The position numbers were made by a program, and so were the translations under genes. Positions 43,842 to 48,134 of a stretch of 48,134 bases of DNA are shown piece by piece. Source of the DNA: a virus (taxonomy: Duplodnaviria > Caudoviricetes); the IMG/VR virus record IMGVR_UViG_3300017978_000319, positions 1 to 48,134 of that record; one strand, written 5' to 3'. The notes under the pieces were generated by a model. The model did no database searches. It was not told the DNA's origin and was given only the letters and a program-made list of their open reading frames with translations. The stretch's first letter is position 1; each line of letters opens with the position of its first letter.

Positions 43842-45903
43842 CCTGAGAGCCTATCAGCCATCATTCACGGGCGGCGAACTGTCGCCTGCCCTTTGGGCGC
43901 GCACCGATCTGGCCAAGTACGCCAGCGGCCTGAAGACAGGGTTGAACCTGTTCCTGCACCCCCATGGCGGCGCGTCGAACCGGGCTGGCCTCGAGTTCAT
44001 CGGCGAGGTGAAGACCAGCGCGAACGCCACCCGGCTGGTGCCGTTCCAGTTCTCCGCGACCCAGTCGTATGTGCTGGAGTTCGGCAACCTCTACATGCGC
44101 GTCTGGAAGGACGGCGGCGTGGTCCTGTCTGGTGGCCTGCCTTACGAGGTGGTGACCCCATTCGTGACGGCAGACCTTCAGGAACTGGTCTTCACGCAGG
44201 AGGCCGACGTCGTCTACATCTCCCACCAGAACTATGCCCCACGGAAGCTGTCCCGGTTCGCCGACGACAACTGGACCCTGACCACGCCGACGTTCGCGCC
44301 GTCCATTACAGCGCCCGGTGCGCCGACCGTCACCCCGAACTCTGCCGGGGCCTTCACCTACCGATACAAGATCAGCGCGATCTCGGAGACCACGGGCGAG
44401 GAGAGCCTTCCCAGCGCCCTTGGTCAGACCACCGCCGCCGCCGATCTCGGTATTGCCGCGAACTTCAACACGGTGACTTGGTCGGCTGTCGCTGGCGCTG
44501 AAAGGTACGCCGTCTACAAGGAGGATAACGGGGTCTATGGGTACATCGGCGGGACGACAGGGCTATCCTTCAAGGACGAGAACATCACCGCCGATCTGGC
44601 CGATACCCCGCAGACTGGGTACAACCCCTTCGTCGGCGCTGGCAATTATCCAGCCTGTTCGACGTTCGTGGACCAGAGGCTGGCGTTCGCCTCGACGGTG
44701 AACAACCCTCAGGCGATCTGGATGTCGCAGTCGGCCAACTATGAGAACTTCGGGTTCTCCCGGCCACGCAAGGCGAGCGACGGGTTCGAGTTCCGCATCA
44801 GGGCGCGGCAGGTCAACCAGATCAAGTCAATGCTGCAGTCGCGCGGCCTGATGGTCCTGACCTCTGGCGGCGAGTGGATCGTGACAGGCGGGCAGGACGA
44901 ATACCTGACGCCTGACACCATCGTCGTGAAGAACCAAGGCTACCGGGGCGCTGCCGAGGTGCAACCCGTCGTGGTCGGCAACACCGTCCTGTTCGCCCAG
45001 CGCATCGGCGGCGTGATCCGCGACTTCAGCTACGAGTTCGCCGAGGACAGCTTCGTCGGCAAAGACCTGACGATCATGGCCCGCCACCTGTTCGAGTACA
45101 AGTCGATCAAGGCGTGGGCCTATGCCCAGTCCCCATGGTCCATCGTCTGGGTGATCATGGATGACGGCTCGCTCGTCTCGATGACCTACATGAAGGAGCA
45201 TGACGTCTGGGGCTGGACGCGCCACCAGACGGACGGCGTCTTCGAGGACGTGGTCGTCATCCAAGAGGGCAGCGAGGACGTCCCGTACTTCATCGTGAAC
45301 CGCACCATCGGCGGCGTCACCAAGAGGTACATCGAGCGCCTGCACACCCGCCAGTTCACCGCTGTCACCGACGCCTTCTTCGTCGACAGCGGCCTGACCT
45401 ATTCAGGCACAGCAGCCGCCGTCATCTCTGGGCTGGACCATCTCGAGGGGGAGACCGTGGTCGCTCTGGCTGATGGCAACGTGGTGCGCGATCTCGTCGT
45501 CACCAGTGGCGACGTCACCCTGCCATTCGCAGCCGAGGTGGTCCATGTCGGCCTGTCTTATGAGGCGACCCTGAAGACCCTCGATCTTGACCTCGGTCAG
45601 GTGCGTGGGCTGGGGACGGTGCAGGGGCGGCAGAAGTCCATCGCCGAGGTATGGTTCCGGGTCGAGGACACGCGCGGCATCTGGCTGGGCGCGGTCGATG
45701 ACACCCGAGATAGTGGCAAGCTGGTCGAGTACAAGCAGCGTTCGACCGAGGCGTGGAACGAGGCCATCGGCCTGTACACGGGCGATCTGAAGATCACGGC
45801 GCTACCGAACTGGACCACAGGCGGGAACGTCATCGTGAAGCAGTTCGACCCGCTGCCGATGACGATCCTCGCCATCATGCCTGACGTGGCGCTGGGGGCC
45901 TGA
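43834..45903 (+). CDS. Tail tubular protein B (T7 gp12-like nozzle)
   Basis: QPSFTGGELSP..QRLAFA..WGWTRH..PLPMTIL. Confidence 0.9.
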   Translation: MVDLRAYQPSFTGGELSPALWARTDLAKYASGLKTGLNLFLHPHGGASNRAGLEFIGEVKTSANATRLVPFQFSATQSYVLEFGNLYMRVWKDGGVVLSGGLPYEVVTPFVTADLQELVFTQEADVVYISHQNYAPRKLSRFADDNWTLTTPTFAPSITAPGAPTVTPNSAGAFTYRYKISAISETTGEESLPSALGQTTAAADLGIAANFNTVTWSAVAGAERYAVYKEDNGVYGYIGGTTGLSFKDENITADLADTPQTGYNPFVGAGNYPACSTFVDQRLAFASTVNNPQAIWMSQSANYENFGFSRPRKASDGFEFRIRARQVNQIKSMLQSRGLMVLTSGGEWIVTGGQDEYLTPDTIVVKNQGYRGAAEVQPVVVGNTVLFAQRIGGVIRDFSYEFAEDSFVGKDLTIMARHLFEYKSIKAWAYAQSPWSIVWVIMDDGSLVSMTYMKEHDVWGWTRHQTDGVFEDVVVIQEGSEDVPYFIVNRTIGGVTKRYIERLHTRQFTAVTDAFFVDSGLTYSGTAAAVISGLDHLEGETVVALADGNVVRDLVVTSGDVTLPFAAEVVHVGLSYEATLKTLDLDLGQVRGLGTVQGRQKSIAEVWFRVEDTRGIWLGAVDDTRDSGKLVEYKQRSTEAWNEAIGLYTGDLKITALPNWTTGGNVIVKQFDPLPMTILAIMPDVALGA

Positions 45904-46367
45904 TGAAACCCGTCGTCACCATCGTACCTGCCGGGATGGACCACATCGCCAGCATCGCTGCCCGCATGCGAGAGGCCGACCGCGTCGAGGTCTGGGCCTC
46001 GTCTCGGTCGACACCGCATCAGTCGCTGATGATCTCCCTGCAGAACAGCCGCTGGGCCATGACGGCGCTGGTGGATGGCCAACCCGAGGTCATGTGGGGC
46101 GTGGCCGATCTGAACGTCCTGACCGGGACAGGCGCACCGTGGCTGCTCGGCACTGACGCTGTCGAGGCCAACTACCGCCTGTTCCTGCGCCACTCCCTTC
46201 AATGGAAGGAGAAACTGTCCGAGCAGTATCAGGTGCTGATGAACTTCGTCCACGACGAGAACGAGGTGTCTAAGCGGTGGCTGAAATGGCTGGGCTTTAC
46301 ACTCTCCGAACCGTTCGAACTGGGCCTAGATGGCGAACTCTTTAGGATGTTCGAGATGAGGCGCTGA
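45903..46367 (+). CDS. T7 gp13-like acetyltransferase-fold protein
   Basis: MREADRVE..PWLLGT..NFVHDEN..WLKWLGF. Confidence 0.8.
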   Translation: MKPVVTIVPAGMDHIASIAARMREADRVEVWASSRSTPHQSLMISLQNSRWAMTALVDGQPEVMWGVADLNVLTGTGAPWLLGTDAVEANYRLFLRHSLQWKEKLSEQYQVLMNFVHDENEVSKRWLKWLGFTLSEPFELGLDGELFRMFEMRR

Positions 46368-46368
46368 A

Positions 46369-46878
46369 ATGTGCGATGTAGTAACAGCCCTGATGATTGG
46401 CTCCACCGTGATGGGTGGGGTTTCTGCCGTTCAGCAGGGGAACGCCGCTGCCGCCTCAGCGACCTACAATGCTCAGGTCGCGACCATGAACGCCGAGATC
46501 ATGGACAAGAATGCCCGTGATGCCATCGAGCGCGGGAAGATCGAGGAGCAGCAGAAGCGTTTCGAGATCGCCGCTCTGACCGGGCGGCAGCGCGCCGCCA
46601 TGGCTGCGAACGGCGTCGACCTCTCGTTCGGCTCGCCGCTCGACACCATCGTGGACACCGCGATGCTCGGCGAACTGGACGCCCTGACGATCCGCTCGAA
46701 CGCCGCCCGCGAGGCCTATGACTACAAAGTCGCCGGGGCCAACAACCGCGCCGATGCGGCCCTGTCCACAGCGAACGCCAAGTCGTCCAAGACGGGTGGA
46801 TACCTGTCAGCATTCGGCACGATCCTCGGCGGCGGCTCCGAGATCGGGAAGTACCGCGCATCTCGGAGTATTGCCTGA
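46369..46878 (+). CDS. Internal virion protein (gp14-like)
   Basis: MC start; GRQRAAMAANGVD..GSPLD. Confidence 0.8.
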   Translation: MCDVVTALMIGSTVMGGVSAVQQGNAAAASATYNAQVATMNAEIMDKNARDAIERGKIEEQQKRFEIAALTGRQRAAMAANGVDLSFGSPLDTIVDTAMLGELDALTIRSNAAREAYDYKVAGANNRADAALSTANAKSSKTGGYLSAFGTILGGGSEIGKYRASRSIA

Positions 46879-48134
46879 TGCCCACCGTCCCACGTTACGA
46901 GCCTTCCGTTCGTCTGCGCCCGCAGCAGCAGCAGACATTCACCGTCAGGTCCAGCGCAGAGGACTTCGGTGCAGCGCAGGCGCGCGGCCTCGGTGACGCC
47001 GCCAGCGGCCTGTCGAAGGTGGCGCAGGCGAAGGTGTTTATCGAGGAACTTGAGGGTGAGGCTTCCGCCAAGCAGGCCGACAATCGCTATGCCGCATGGG
47101 AGCGTGAGGCGATGTACGGCCAGAACGGCTTCATGAACCTTGAAGGTCAGGCCGCTGTCACCGCCCGCGCAGCCTTCGAGAAAGAGGCCGCAGCGAAGCG
47201 CGAGGAGTTTGGTCAGGGCCTGACAGGGTTCGGATCGCAAGCTTACAGCCGCGCCTCAGAGGCCCGCCTGAACTCCATCCTCGACCGCACCATCGTGCAT
47301 CAGGCGAACGAGCGGAAGACGTGGTTCAAAGAGGCGTCGACCGACAGGATCAACACCTTCGCCGAGGACGCGCTGGCCGGGTTCAACAACCCCGCTCTGG
47401 TCGCCAAGAACATCGCCGCAGGTCAGGCTGAACTCAGATCGGTCGCCGCCATGTCTGGCTGGGATGCCGACACCTTGAAGGCCCGCGAGAGCGAGTTCGT
47501 CTCTGGCGTCCACAAGAACGTGGCGCTGCGTCTGGCCCAGACCGACCCCCTCGCGGCGCAGCAGTATTACGAGAGCAAGAAGGACCAGTTCAGCGGCAGC
47601 GATGCCACCGATCTGGAAGGCGTCCTTGCCCCCGTGGTGATCGACCAGAAGGCCCGTGATGAGGCGAACCGCATTCTCTCGACCGAGCGCGCTGCTTCTG
47701 CTGATGCCGGGTCGAACACCCCCGCAGACCCCATCGGCAACCGTGGCCCGACGCGCGCCTATGCCGTGCTGACAGAGCGCGCGGTCGGCGGCGCAACGCG
47801 AGCGGATGCCATTGCCAATCTCGATGCGAATTTCGCAACGAACCTCGCTGCTCTGATCGAAGACGCACCTCCCGGCATCAAGGAAGGCCTCGGCCTGACC
47901 TCTGGGTATCGGTCGACCGAGAAGCAGGCTGAACTGTTCGCGAACTCAGACGGCTCTGGGAAGATGGTCGCCCGCCCCGGCCACTCCAGCCATGAGTTCG
48001 GTATGGCAGTTGACCTGACCTATAACGGCAAGACCATCAAGCCCGGTGACGTGCCGCAGGAGGTTATCGATTACCTCCACGGGAACGCCGCAGCCTATGG
48101 TCTGAACTTCCGCATGTCGTGGGAGCCTTGGCAC
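46878..48134 (+). CDS. N-terminal part of an internal virion protein with M15 zinc peptidase domain (continues to 1063; about 754 aa in total)
   Basis: TGATG-coupled start MPTVPRYE; SGYRS..PGHSSHEFGMAVD..EPWH. Confidence 0.88.
   Translation, partial: MPTVPRYEPSVRLRPQQQQTFTVRSSAEDFGAAQARGLGDAASGLSKVAQAKVFIEELEGEASAKQADNRYAAWEREAMYGQNGFMNLEGQAAVTARAAFEKEAAAKREEFGQGLTGFGSQAYSRASEARLNSILDRTIVHQANERKTWFKEASTDRINTFAEDALAGFNNPALVAKNIAAGQAELRSVAAMSGWDADTLKARESEFVSGVHKNVALRLAQTDPLAAQQYYESKKDQFSGSDATDLEGVLAPVVIDQKARDEANRILSTERAASADAGSNTPADPIGNRGPTRAYAVLTERAVGGATRADAIANLDANFATNLAALIEDAPPGIKEGLGLTSGYRSTEKQAELFANSDGSGKMVARPGHSSHEFGMAVDLTYNGKTIKPGDVPQEVIDYLHGNAAAYGLNFRMSWEPWH
48080..48134. repeat. 55-bp terminal duplication, right copy
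   Basis: Identical to 1-55. Confidence 0.95.

Noticed and set aside
1-48134. tRNA, rRNA, integrase, transposase, intein or polymerase genes
   Set aside because: No supporting motifs recognised by eye; tRNAscan and HMM searches would be needed to exclude them fully

Overview
The window is an apparently complete, circularly permuted genome of a high-GC tailed phage. Its true length is about 48,079 bp, because bases 1-55 repeat at 48080-48134 and one gene runs across that join. Virion gene order matches BPP-1/epsilon15-type podoviruses: TerS, TerL, portal, scaffold, major capsid, cement protein, tail tube A/B, internal ejection proteins, tail fibre. The host is probably an alphaproteobacterium, judged from the SSB sequence and a CtrA-like box. 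It encodes RecE/RecT, an SF2 helicase, SSB, primase, a VapE-type ATPase, a GH108 lysin and many small leftward early genes. I found no integrase, CI repressor, DNA/RNA polymerase or reverse transcriptase. The strongest candidate for a new system is the 3062-aa ejection protein. It carries a string of enzyme-like cargo domains, and right after a glycosylase-like domain it contains a nested +1-frame 60-aa gene that could be a cognate inhibitor. Other notable items are a 19-bp palindromic operator at nearly every early promoter, a separate late-promoter motif, an anti-Shine-Dalgarno hairpin RNA, a primase split across two genes, and cassettes flanked by direct repeats. All family assignments come from reading motifs by eye; no database search was run.
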